From an uncultured archaeon (lineage in GTDB: Archaea > Asgardarchaeota > Thorarchaeia > Thorarchaeales > Thorarchaeaceae), in contig CAYHAA010000011.1 in the NCBI GenBank assembly GCA_964354495.1, positions 60,001 to 92,000 on the forward strand: 32,000 nucleotides of DNA, read 5' to 3'. Below, in pieces: positions 1-8,412 of this stretch (positions are counted from its first letter, which is position 1; each line of letters begins with the position of its first letter). The notes beneath the pieces are model-generated. The model saw only the letters and a list, made by a program, of their open reading frames with translations. It ran no database searches and had not been told where the DNA came from. Both the position numbers and the translations under genes were made by a program.

Positions 1-522
1 GGCACTCGGCACCAAATCAGGATTCTGAGCCAAGATATCAAACAGCCGCGAAGGGCTCACTTTGAGCGGCACGATGCTAGGACTTGGTTTCGGATGCTCA
101 GGGAATGGCTTTTCCAATCTGAGAGAGCCGACGCTGTTGGCTCGATGGAACCCCAGTTTCTCTGCAACCTTCTGTGATCCTTCATTCTGGGATCCGGTTA
201 CATACCATAGTGTCCTCACCTGCTTCTCCACGGCACGTTGAATGATGGCCTCGGTGATTTTGGTGCCATAACCTTTCTGCTGAAACGCTTCCCTCACTCG
301 TAGTCCCTGTACCCAAGCAATGTCTGTTCCTTCGATAGTTTCAAGGTTGCAGAGTGCAACGAGCTCCTTTCCCTCAAAGATACCTAATACATTGCCATGG
401 GGGTCCTTGACCCACGTTGGGAAGGTAGTCGGAACATAGTCATTGCCCTCCCAAATGGTCGCGCAGAGATTGTTGACTTGGTCTTGGTCTTTGATTTTGA
501 GCTCACGGAGGCTGCTTGGCAT
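1..522 (-). CDS. GNAT-family N-acetyltransferase (3' end runs off the window)
   Basis: Manual translation from ATG at 522 (not in ORF track): MPSSLRELKIKDQDQVNNLCATIWEGNDYVP...AWVQGLRVREAFQQKGYGTKIT...NEGSQKVAEKLGF. Contains the acetyl-CoA motif A (Q/RxxGxG) and the N...S...xKLGF motif B; frame is open to position 1. Confidence 0.82.
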   Translation of the reverse strand, partial: MPSSLRELKIKDQDQVNNLCATIWEGNDYVPTTFPTWVKDPHGNVLGIFEGKELVALCNLETIEGTDIAWVQGLRVREAFQQKGYGTKITEAIIQRAVEKQVRTLWYVTGSQNEGSQKVAEKLGFHRANSVGSLRLEKPFPEHPKPSPSIVPLKVSPSRLFDILAQNPDLVPSA

Positions 523-692
523 GCGACTCTGGTCAGCATGCATTGCTTAAGAACCGTATGACATGGTCTCGCATTGCAGTATCAAATTACCTTTTCGATT
601 CATCATCGTTCACAACTGTCACGGTTGCACGAGTATGCAGCCGCCAACGTCTTATTCTCTCAGAACAGAAGGATATCCGAGGCGGATGTCAT

Positions 693-1199
693 ATGGAGAT
701 CGTGGAGCTAGCTGGCATAAACAGACAGGAACTGCGAGCCTTTGTCGATGAGGTTCCATCAATATGGCAGAAGAAGAGTGGCGTCTTGGATCCGGGAATG
801 AACCCTCTTTTGCGCAACTTTGGAGAGAAGGGTAACCTGCTGTTCGGTGTTCATGTGTACAATATGGGACCACAGTGTGTCGCAGTCATTCTAACAGAGC
901 ACGATGACGATTCAAACAGAGGGACGATGAGAATCCACATGGCAACACTCGCAGGCTTTGGTGGTCCTTCGGAATGGGTGCGTGGAGAGAAGAAACATCG
1001 CGATGCCATTGACGCGTGCATGGATGAAACACTAGATGTAGTGAGAGCGCAGTACAGCAGAGACTCGAGCTGGCGCGGTATGAGTGTCAAGTGTCCCAGC
1101 TGCGGGGCTTCTTATTTCGTTTCTCGCCGGATGGTGGACAGAGAAGGAAAGACCAGGTGCCAGAACTGTGACAAAATCGTGTCCGCTATTGGAGACTAA
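693..1199 (+). CDS. Hypothetical protein with C-terminal MJ0042-like zinc ribbon
   Basis: C-terminal CPSC-x17-CQNC. Start moved from 516 to ATG 693, which follows a purine-rich GAGGCGG and avoids overlapping the divergent GNAT start. Confidence 0.65.
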   Translation: MEIVELAGINRQELRAFVDEVPSIWQKKSGVLDPGMNPLLRNFGEKGNLLFGVHVYNMGPQCVAVILTEHDDDSNRGTMRIHMATLAGFGGPSEWVRGEKKHRDAIDACMDETLDVVRAQYSRDSSWRGMSVKCPSCGASYFVSRRMVDREGKTRCQNCDKIVSAIGD

Positions 1200-1293
1200 A
1201 ATCAGCGAAATGAGAAGCACCTGAAGAGCCTATTCAGAGCAGTAGAGATTCGAGTGGTTCTAGCAATGGCTAGCGTGGCATGGCTCTGCTGCA

Positions 1294-2136
1294 TCAAGCA
1301 GGTTTCTGAAAGATAAGGCAGTAGTGATGGTGCACATTGGATACATATGTAGTAGGGTAACCCCAACAGCCGAGCTTCTTGTTGTCTTGGCACCAGATCA
1401 TCTCTTGGCGCAGTTCATAATCTTCAGATACCCTCCTTGCCAGGTCCCATGCAATAGGTTTCAATAATCCATCAACATCTCTCATGTTTTGAACAACAAC
1501 GGTGAGATACGCCCTATCTCTTAGTAATGGCATTAGCCCACCGAACAACGAACCCAGGACCTCGATGTACTCTTTGTATGACGCAATGTTCCCAAGGTCT
1601 TTCTCAGAATCACTATAGTATTGTTTCAGTCCTTGTCGTCCCCTTGCCCTTTGAGCCGAGTCGTTTCCTCCACGAGACTTCCGAAGCATGTCCCAATAGG
1701 GTGGGGATGTGATGAGATAATCAAAGACAGGTAAAGACTCTCTGAATTCTTCAGCGATAATCCTCTCTGCCTCTCTTGTATCTCCAACAAGCAGATGCTG
1801 TTCTCCATTCCCCCTTGTTGTCAGGATTTCTTTCAGCCCAGACTCTACAAACTCTCCATGTAGCTCAATTCCAACGGCATTTCGCGATAACTCCTTGCAT
1901 GCAATAAGCGTGCTTCCAACTCCCGCGAACGGGTCCAGGACCCAACTCCCTCTCTTGGTAAAGAAACTAATGAAGCGCTGCACAAGTTCCTCTGGAAACT
2001 TTGCCGGGTGATCCATTTGCTCTGTTGTTCTTGATCGCGGATTCACAATAAACCACGACTTCGTGGATTTCACCCATTCTTTTGCTTCAAGGTCATTCAT
2101 AGTGTTTATGGGATGAGTCCGAACCAAATGTGTCAC
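1294..2136 (-). CDS. Site-specific DNA methyltransferase, N4-cytosine/N6-adenine family, permuted motif order, orphan
   Basis: HPAKFP, motif I DPFAGVGST, motif IV TSPPY (SPPY is typical of m4C enzymes), then IW and HxYxLIFQK-type motifs. No endonuclease adjacent. Confidence 0.85.
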   Translation of the reverse strand: MTHLVRTHPINTMNDLEAKEWVKSTKSWFIVNPRSRTTEQMDHPAKFPEELVQRFISFFTKRGSWVLDPFAGVGSTLIACKELSRNAVGIELHGEFVESGLKEILTTRGNGEQHLLVGDTREAERIIAEEFRESLPVFDYLITSPPYWDMLRKSRGGNDSAQRARGRQGLKQYYSDSEKDLGNIASYKEYIEVLGSLFGGLMPLLRDRAYLTVVVQNMRDVDGLLKPIAWDLARRVSEDYELRQEMIWCQDNKKLGCWGYPTTYVSNVHHHYCLIFQKPA

Positions 2137-2176
2137 CCACAGATATGTGACTAGCCAGCAGTCATAAGTCTAGCTC

Positions 2177-3190
2177 TTAGAGCTGTGACATGATTATTCT
2201 GTTTATCCCTAATTCAATGATATCCGCGCAGTATGAAGCAACCCTTCCTAGATGTAAGGCAATCAAGACCTCGTGCGCATCTCTCTCCCTTCTAGCAAGT
2301 CCGAATTGACGGAGGGCCTTCGCCAAGACTGTGGCCTCCCTCAGAGCATCGAAAGCCTCTGAGGCATAGCTAGTCAAGTCTTCGTCATCAGCCTTGTTTC
2401 TCTTGTCTATACTGAAGAACACAAGGTCTGTCTTGTCATAGAGGCCAACGATCTTCGTTGCCAAGTTTCTTAGTTTTGTATCGATTGTAGGCAACTTTGA
2501 TAACTCAACGACAGACTCACAAATATGGTCGGCAATACGTTCAACATGCTTCGCAGTCAAGCTGAAGTTTAGCGCATCTGGCGGAAAGAGAGATACGACC
2601 CTGGCATGAGCGGGATCTCTCAGAACAAGATGACAGAGCCTCTCAACCAGATACCTATTCCTATCGACCTGCTCGTCTCTGGATAGTATGTGTAAGTAAT
2701 CCTTGGCGTCTTCCGTTTCAATGATGGACACTGCACGCTCAAGCATGTACTTGACCGTGGCGAATTGTCTTCGAAGAACCTTGCGTATCACTTCTCTGTC
2801 GGTGGTAAGAAGATCGCTTATGAGAACACTATCGCTATGTTCATCTAGGATTTCCCAACCCTCGAGTTTGTTCACCCACTTGCTTATCTCTTCACGCGTG
2901 GCCATATCCAACGAGTCATCGAACTTCAATTCCAAGTCTCCAACTCCAACCATGTAGGCTCCAACAAGCAGGTTCGGAAGGTCTTGTCTGTGTTCATTGT
3001 CGATTCCTATCTCCAGTTTTCCTCTCTCGCTCTTCGAGGCAGATGAAGGCATCACGCGAAGCGATCCGTCCTGTACTTGTTCAAGCAATACCTCAGAGTG
3101 CTTCCCAAGTTTATGTTCATTGCACCAATCCCTGGGAAGATAGATGTAGAGTGAATTCCGCACTTGGTTTAGTTTTCTGGTTGAGCCCAC
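2177..3190 (-). CDS. Archaeal phosphate-uptake regulator: N-terminal AbrB/SpoVT DNA-binding domain plus PhoU repeats
   Basis: N-terminal RKLNQVRNSLYIYLPRDW (AbrB-like), PhoU motifs DEQVDR and ERIADH, and RVASYCADIIE. Divergent from the pst operon. Confidence 0.85.
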   Translation of the reverse strand: MGSTRKLNQVRNSLYIYLPRDWCNEHKLGKHSEVLLEQVQDGSLRVMPSSASKSERGKLEIGIDNEHRQDLPNLLVGAYMVGVGDLELKFDDSLDMATREEISKWVNKLEGWEILDEHSDSVLISDLLTTDREVIRKVLRRQFATVKYMLERAVSIIETEDAKDYLHILSRDEQVDRNRYLVERLCHLVLRDPAHARVVSLFPPDALNFSLTAKHVERIADHICESVVELSKLPTIDTKLRNLATKIVGLYDKTDLVFFSIDKRNKADDEDLTSYASEAFDALREATVLAKALRQFGLARRERDAHEVLIALHLGRVASYCADIIELGINRIIMSQL

Positions 3191-3240
3191 GAAATATCAC
3201 ATCCATGTTTTGGGTCCTGCCAATGCATGAAGCAATAGCT

Positions 3241-3295
3241 GGCGGAGGCTATGCGATGGGCTTCAAGTGTGTCTGTAGCCAAACACAACCCCGCC
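3241..3295 (-). promoter_or_regulatory. Candidate structured leader RNA upstream of the AbrB-PhoU regulator
   Basis: Minus strand: GGCGGGG/CTCCGCC outer stem enclosing the hairpin TGTGTTTG-GCTA-CAGACACA. Both imperfect pairs are G-U only on the minus strand. Confidence 0.3.
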
Positions 3296-3442
3296 TGAAT
3301 CAAGATGTAACAGCGCACTTCTGCGATTTAACGTTATGCATATGCTGCATTTACGTACTTTACAGTAGCTGAAGCCAATGCTATTTCCTTAATTACATAT
3401 CATTGCGCAAGCCTGCTCAAACTCAAATGGAGTATAAGAACG

Positions 3443-4492
3443 ATGAATAACAATGCTAAGTATCTTGCAGTTCTTCTTGTCGGTGTTCTTATGGGAGGCG
3501 GAGGTTTCTACCTCATTAGTGCACCTGGCGGAGGAACTAGTCTTGTTGCAATTTCCACTGCAGGTTCAACCACAGTCTTTCCATTATCCCAGCAGTGGGC
3601 AACAGAGTTTAACGAGGATTTTCCCACCATAATTGTGAATCCAAACACGGGTGGCAGTGGTCTTGGTCAATCTCAGATTGCGGACCAACTAATCGATATT
3701 GGAGCTTCAAGCTCCTATCCTTCTGCTGATTATAGAACAAACCATACCGATGTGAAGATAATTCCTATTTCAGCTGATGCGCTAGGAATCGTCGTCAATC
3801 CAACTGTCAATGGCAGCAGTTTCAAGATGGATAGTGATATGGCTGTTGCAGTCTTCCAAGGAAATGTGACAACATGGGATGATTTTGAGAATGTCTTTGG
3901 GGTCATTGTCAGTGTCACTGGTGACATTAACGTCTATGTGCGATCTGATGCAAGTGGAACCACAGCAACTTTTGCAGAATGGTTAGAGACCTCAGACGAA
4001 AACACGAATGCCAACGGAGCAGAATATGAGTGGACGCTTGGGAAGAAGGAAACCGTTTCGTGGCCGGCAACTGCAAGTGCTGTGGATGGCAATCCCGGTG
4101 TTGCATCCGGAGTCCTAGGTGACAGTAGTGGGATTGGATACGTTGGGCTGGCTTTCATGGAAGGACTGACTGAGGTTCACCTCTATAATCCCGGGAATGA
4201 TGAATATGTCCAGCCTAGTGTTGCCAATGCGCTGAAGGCCCTCCCCGATATAATTGCCGACCTTGGTCAGAGTCTGATGAATTCGAACACAACGGGGGCT
4301 TACCCGATAGCTAGGCTCTTGTATTACTTGGTCAACGTCAACAATATCCATTGGTACACAATTGCCTATTTGAACTGGGTTGTAGTGCAAGGTCAGCAAT
4401 ACATCCCGGAGGTGGGCTACGTGCCTATTAGTGGTACTTCAGCTGTAACATACGCGATAAGCGTCATCGCTGCGCTAGTTCCAAGTAGTTGA
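3443..4492 (+). CDS. pstS: Phosphate ABC transporter substrate-binding protein PstS (copy 1), N-terminal membrane anchor
   Basis: AGSTTV, GGSGLG, RSDASGTT and YPIARLLY motifs; N-terminal hydrophobic helix; first gene of the pst operon. Confidence 0.93.
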   Translation: MNNNAKYLAVLLVGVLMGGGGFYLISAPGGGTSLVAISTAGSTTVFPLSQQWATEFNEDFPTIIVNPNTGGSGLGQSQIADQLIDIGASSSYPSADYRTNHTDVKIIPISADALGIVVNPTVNGSSFKMDSDMAVAVFQGNVTTWDDFENVFGVIVSVTGDINVYVRSDASGTTATFAEWLETSDENTNANGAEYEWTLGKKETVSWPATASAVDGNPGVASGVLGDSSGIGYVGLAFMEGLTEVHLYNPGNDEYVQPSVANALKALPDIIADLGQSLMNSNTTGAYPIARLLYYLVNVNNIHWYTIAYLNWVVVQGQQYIPEVGYVPISGTSAVTYAISVIAALVPSS

Positions 4493-4508
4493 TTTCTTTC
4501 TCTCGATA

Positions 4509-4574
4509 CATGACGCCATTGAAGACCCGATGATTTCCGAAGGACTTAATTCAGAGTCTTTGATGGCGTCCATG
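4509..4574 (+). promoter_or_regulatory. Long intergenic RNA hairpin between pstS copies with a kink-turn-like internal loop
   Basis: GACGCCATTGAAGAC (4512-4526) pairs with GTCTTTGATGGCGTC (4556-4570): 15 bp including two G-U pairs valid only on the + strand. Inner ccGATGA...TCAGA resembles box C/D. Confidence 0.6.
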
Positions 4575-4593
4575 CATAATAAAGGAGCAATTA

Positions 4594-5661
4594 GTGATGA
4601 TATCCATTTCGAAACAGAAGACTGGTCTGATTGCTGGTTTGATGCTTGGAATCATTCTCGGCGCAGGAGGTCTGAGCTTCTTTAGCCCTTCCCTTGATAG
4701 AGGAGTCAACACGACAGTGACTACTGCCGGGTCCTCGACGCTATATCCTCTCTCGCAGGTTTGGGCAACCTATTTTTCAGCAGACATTCCTGGATTGTCA
4801 TTGAATCCGAGCTCAGGGGGAAGCGGTCTTGGACAATCACTCATCGGTGAAGGACTCATAGATGTCGGTGCATCGAGTTCCTATCCAAAACAAGACTATA
4901 CTGACGCGAATCCCGCAGTTGAGATTCTGCCTGTATGTGCAGATGCACTCGCAATTATCGTAAACGAGGATGTGAATGGATCAGAATTCAGAATGGACTG
5001 CGACATGGCCGTTGCAGTTTTCCAAAGGAATGTGACAACGTGGGAGGAATTCGCTGCAGCTTTTGGGATAGGCGTCATTCAGACAGGTGCAATCAATGTG
5101 TATGTTAGATCTGATGCCAGCGGTACAACAGCTACCTTTGCCAAATGGCTTGAAACTGCACATGAGAATAGTAATGCATACGGAGCAGACTATGAATGGA
5201 AATTAGGGCACGAAGAGGCTCTTTCATTTCCAGCCGGTGTCAACTCTGTCGATGGAAATCCAAGTGTGTCCTCTGGAGTCCTCTCGGACGACCATGCAAT
5301 TGGGTATGTAAGCCTCGCCTTCATGGAAGAGGCTGTTGTCGTTGACCTCTACAATCCTGGGAATAATCAATGGGTAACCCCGTCGGTCATGAATGCTGTG
5401 AAGGCAATTCCAGCCAATTTGACAAGTCCCGGCCAGGATTTAATGAACTGCAACATAGATGGGGCATATCCAATTGCCAGATTGCTGTTCTACCTCGTGA
5501 ATCGTGAATATCTCCGAACCCATACAGTCACATATCTGGGATGGTGCCTCCTGCAAGGGCAGATCCATGTATCTCAGGTTGGCTATGTGCCAATCAATGG
5601 CACATCTGCTCAAACCTACTCGTTAAGCGTTGTGACGAGCCTAATTCAGAACATATCTTGA
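4594..5661 (+). CDS. pstS: Phosphate ABC transporter substrate-binding protein PstS (copy 2)
   Basis: AGSSTL, GGSGLG, RSDASGTT and YPIARLLF motifs; clear paralogue of copy 1; AAGGAG RBS upstream. Confidence 0.93.
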   Translation: MMISISKQKTGLIAGLMLGIILGAGGLSFFSPSLDRGVNTTVTTAGSSTLYPLSQVWATYFSADIPGLSLNPSSGGSGLGQSLIGEGLIDVGASSSYPKQDYTDANPAVEILPVCADALAIIVNEDVNGSEFRMDCDMAVAVFQRNVTTWEEFAAAFGIGVIQTGAINVYVRSDASGTTATFAKWLETAHENSNAYGADYEWKLGHEEALSFPAGVNSVDGNPSVSSGVLSDDHAIGYVSLAFMEEAVVVDLYNPGNNQWVTPSVMNAVKAIPANLTSPGQDLMNCNIDGAYPIARLLFYLVNREYLRTHTVTYLGWCLLQGQIHVSQVGYVPINGTSAQTYSLSVVTSLIQNIS

Positions 5662-5691
5662 AATAACGATATAAGAAAGGGTGAAATAGCA

Positions 5692-6699
5692 GTGGTTGAG
5701 AACGATGAGACTGCAGTCACAATGGCTGAGGAAATAGACGAGTTAAAAGGAAGAAGCATCTCAAGAGCGTTTTCCAAGTCAATATCGGATTTTCGTAATG
5801 CAGACAAGCCTGGCAAGATAGACCGCTTAGGACGTATCGGACTCCTAGTGCCTGCAGTTGCAAGCACACTCATTATCGTTCTCATTCTGGCTTTTCTCTG
5901 GTATGAATCTGTTCCGATATTTGCCAGTCCGAATGGAGGTCCGGGAATCATCATCAGCCCAACTTGGGATCCTAATAGAGACCTCTACGGAATTGCCATA
6001 TTCATTGTTGGTTCTTTGATGTGCACTGGGATTGCCATCGGGCTTGCTGTACCTCTCGGGATTGGAGGTGCAATATTCCTGAGCGAGTTCTGCCCCATAC
6101 GACTTCGACAGCCCATCAAGATGATTATCGAAATGATGGCTGCGATTCCCTCAATCGTCTATGGTCTGTGGGCATACATCGTCCTTGTGCCATTTATCAA
6201 AAACAACATTGCACCCTTGGCGCAGAGTACATCCAACGGTCTCTCACTACTGGCAGGCGGTCTAATCCTGGCAATCATGTTGCTTCCAACAGTGGTCACG
6301 ATATCCGCTGATGCGCTCCAGACAGTGCCTATGAGCTTTCGTGAAGCTTCTCTTGCTCTTGGGGCAACTCAGAGTGAGACATCACGGAAAGTCGTTCTGT
6401 CTGCAGCTCTTCCGGGTGTTGGAGCCGCAGTCGTGCTGTCGCTTGGAAGAGCCGTCGGAGAAACCATGGCCGTGCTCATGGTCACAGGCAACTCGCTTCA
6501 GATTCCTTATTCCCTCTTTGATCCTACCTATGTAATGACAAGCATCATTACGAACCAGCTCGGGTACGCGTTTGTGTTTCCACTCTGGAGATCTGCCTTA
6601 TTCGCTGTAGCTCTCATCCTGCTTATCATGTCAGTATGCTTCACATTGACTGCGAAGATCTTCATCAGATGGGGCATGAGGACAAGGGGGTACATCTAG
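5692..6699 (+). CDS. pstC: Phosphate ABC transporter permease PstC
   Basis: Multiple TM helices, AAIPSIVYGLW, EAA loop REASLALGATQSET, LGRAVGETMAV. Confidence 0.95.
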   Translation: MVENDETAVTMAEEIDELKGRSISRAFSKSISDFRNADKPGKIDRLGRIGLLVPAVASTLIIVLILAFLWYESVPIFASPNGGPGIIISPTWDPNRDLYGIAIFIVGSLMCTGIAIGLAVPLGIGGAIFLSEFCPIRLRQPIKMIIEMMAAIPSIVYGLWAYIVLVPFIKNNIAPLAQSTSNGLSLLAGGLILAIMLLPTVVTISADALQTVPMSFREASLALGATQSETSRKVVLSAALPGVGAAVVLSLGRAVGETMAVLMVTGNSLQIPYSLFDPTYVMTSIITNQLGYAFVFPLWRSALFAVALILLIMSVCFTLTAKIFIRWGMRTRGYI

Positions 6700-7638
6700 A
6701 TGACGGCCAAGATTCACTCAGAAACGTTTCTTCACTGGCTTCATGAACGCATAGGCCTTCGAGATGCTGCAAAATCCCGACGACACCTCTCGGACTATCT
6801 ATTCAAGATTATCTTAGGCATGCTAATCATTGTCATTGTACTCCCCTTCTTCTTGATTCTGATTCAGGTTGCAGGAGTTGGACTCTCTCAAGTTTTCGGC
6901 ACAGGTCCTGGGCAGGGTCTTCAATTCCTATTCACATTTCCAGGAGCTGGATTGGTGGGAGGGATACGAAACGCCTTTGTCGGTACCGTCGAGCTATTGA
7001 TCCTGGCATCCATAGTCGGCATTCCTCTGAGTGTATGTGGGGCGGTTTATATCAATGAGTACACTCGGCCAGGTCGTGTTAGAGAGATAATTGAGTTCAC
7101 CTCGGATGTCTTGGCAGGGATTCCTTCCATTGTCTTTGGGGCGTTTGGCTTTGCATTCCTTGTTGACTTCCTTCATCTAGGAATGGGCATTGTCGCAGGG
7201 AGTCTTACTCTCGCATTCATGATGATACCAACTATTCTCAGAACTACCCAAGAAGCCCTCCGTGCAGTACCCATGTCTCTGAGGGAGGCGTCCCTCGCAC
7301 TGGGAGCGACCAAGTGGTCCACAACATGGAGTGTGACTCTTCGCTCAGCATTTCCCGGGGTCATCACCGGAGTGCTACTGGCAATAGGCAGAGTCATGGG
7401 CGAAACTGCTCCATTAATCTTCACAGCAGGAAATAGTCTCATCGTTCCAACAGAATTGACAGGTCCCGGCTCCTGGGTTGCTTCCATGCCCTACACAATC
7501 TGGGCATATATCAGTGACCCGCGCGAGTACCTCCAAGTCAAAGCACACGGCACTGCACTAGCGCTGATGATGATGGTGCTGGCAATCGACCTGATTGCGA
7601 ATCTTATTTCGAGAAAAGTAACAAGGAGACTTGTATAG
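6700..7638 (+). CDS. pstA: Phosphate ABC transporter permease PstA
   Basis: LAGIPSIVFGAFG, REASLALGATKW, IGRVMGETAPLIFT. Confidence 0.95.
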   Translation: MTAKIHSETFLHWLHERIGLRDAAKSRRHLSDYLFKIILGMLIIVIVLPFFLILIQVAGVGLSQVFGTGPGQGLQFLFTFPGAGLVGGIRNAFVGTVELLILASIVGIPLSVCGAVYINEYTRPGRVREIIEFTSDVLAGIPSIVFGAFGFAFLVDFLHLGMGIVAGSLTLAFMMIPTILRTTQEALRAVPMSLREASLALGATKWSTTWSVTLRSAFPGVITGVLLAIGRVMGETAPLIFTAGNSLIVPTELTGPGSWVASMPYTIWAYISDPREYLQVKAHGTALALMMMVLAIDLIANLISRKVTRRLV

Positions 7639-8403
7639 ATGCCAGAATACGAACATCATATAGAGATCTACGGGCTCTCAACATGGTTTGGAAGGAAGCA
7701 CATTCTGAAGGATATCACCTGTTTCTTCAAAGACAACTCGGTGACTGCAATCATGGGACCGAGCGGGTGCGGCAAATCAACTTTGTTGAGAACAATCAAT
7801 AGGCTAAATGACCTCGTGCCCAATTTTCGCCATGAAGGCCTTGTTAAGTTTCGAGGAACAGATATCTATGGAACGGGTTCGAGTGTATACGATTTGCGGA
7901 AGCATATCGGGATGGTCTTTCAGAAGCCAAATCCGTTTCCGATGAGTGTTCATGATAACATCACCTATGGACCAAAGCTTCATGGCAGCAAGGACGAGGA
8001 TGAGCTAGAGAGAATAGTTGAGAGTTCACTGCGCAAAGCTGCTCTCTGGGATGAGGTGAAGGACGAACTGCAGCACCCGGCTCCCAACCTTTCTGGCGGC
8101 CAACAGCAAAGGCTATGTATCGCAAGAGCACTCTCTGTAAATCCGCCTGTGCTGCTCATGGATGAACCTGTGTCGGCATTGGATCCTATAAGCGCTGCCA
8201 AGATCGAGGAGTTAATCGTGGAACTGAAGAAGGACTACACAATCATTCTGGTGACACATAATGTGCAGCAGGCATTTAGAGTCTCAGATCAGGCTGCATT
8301 CCTGTATCTGGGTGAGTTGGTGGAGTTCGATGAGACGAAGAGAATTCTCGAGGCCCCTGCGGACGAGAGAACCGAGGCATTCATTACAGGTCGTATAGGG
8401 TAG
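7639..8403 (+). CDS. pstB: Phosphate ABC transporter ATP-binding protein PstB
   Basis: Walker A GPSGCGKS, VFQKPNPF, signature LSGGQQQR, Walker B LLMDE, H-loop VTHN. Confidence 0.97.
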   Translation: MPEYEHHIEIYGLSTWFGRKHILKDITCFFKDNSVTAIMGPSGCGKSTLLRTINRLNDLVPNFRHEGLVKFRGTDIYGTGSSVYDLRKHIGMVFQKPNPFPMSVHDNITYGPKLHGSKDEDELERIVESSLRKAALWDEVKDELQHPAPNLSGGQQQRLCIARALSVNPPVLLMDEPVSALDPISAAKIEELIVELKKDYTIILVTHNVQQAFRVSDQAAFLYLGELVEFDETKRILEAPADERTEAFITGRIG

Positions 8404-8412
8404 GCGAATGTT

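Noticed and set aside
516-692. N-terminal extension of the 227-aa ORF
   Set aside because: It overlaps the start and promoter of the divergent GNAT gene and has non-protein-like composition; ATG 693 has a plausible RBS.
1294-2136. Trm11/TrmG10-type tRNA methyltransferase (also has motif I before xPPY)
   Set aside because: No THUMP domain, and HPAKFP plus the C-terminal IW and LIFQK motifs are those of N4/N6 DNA methyltransferases.
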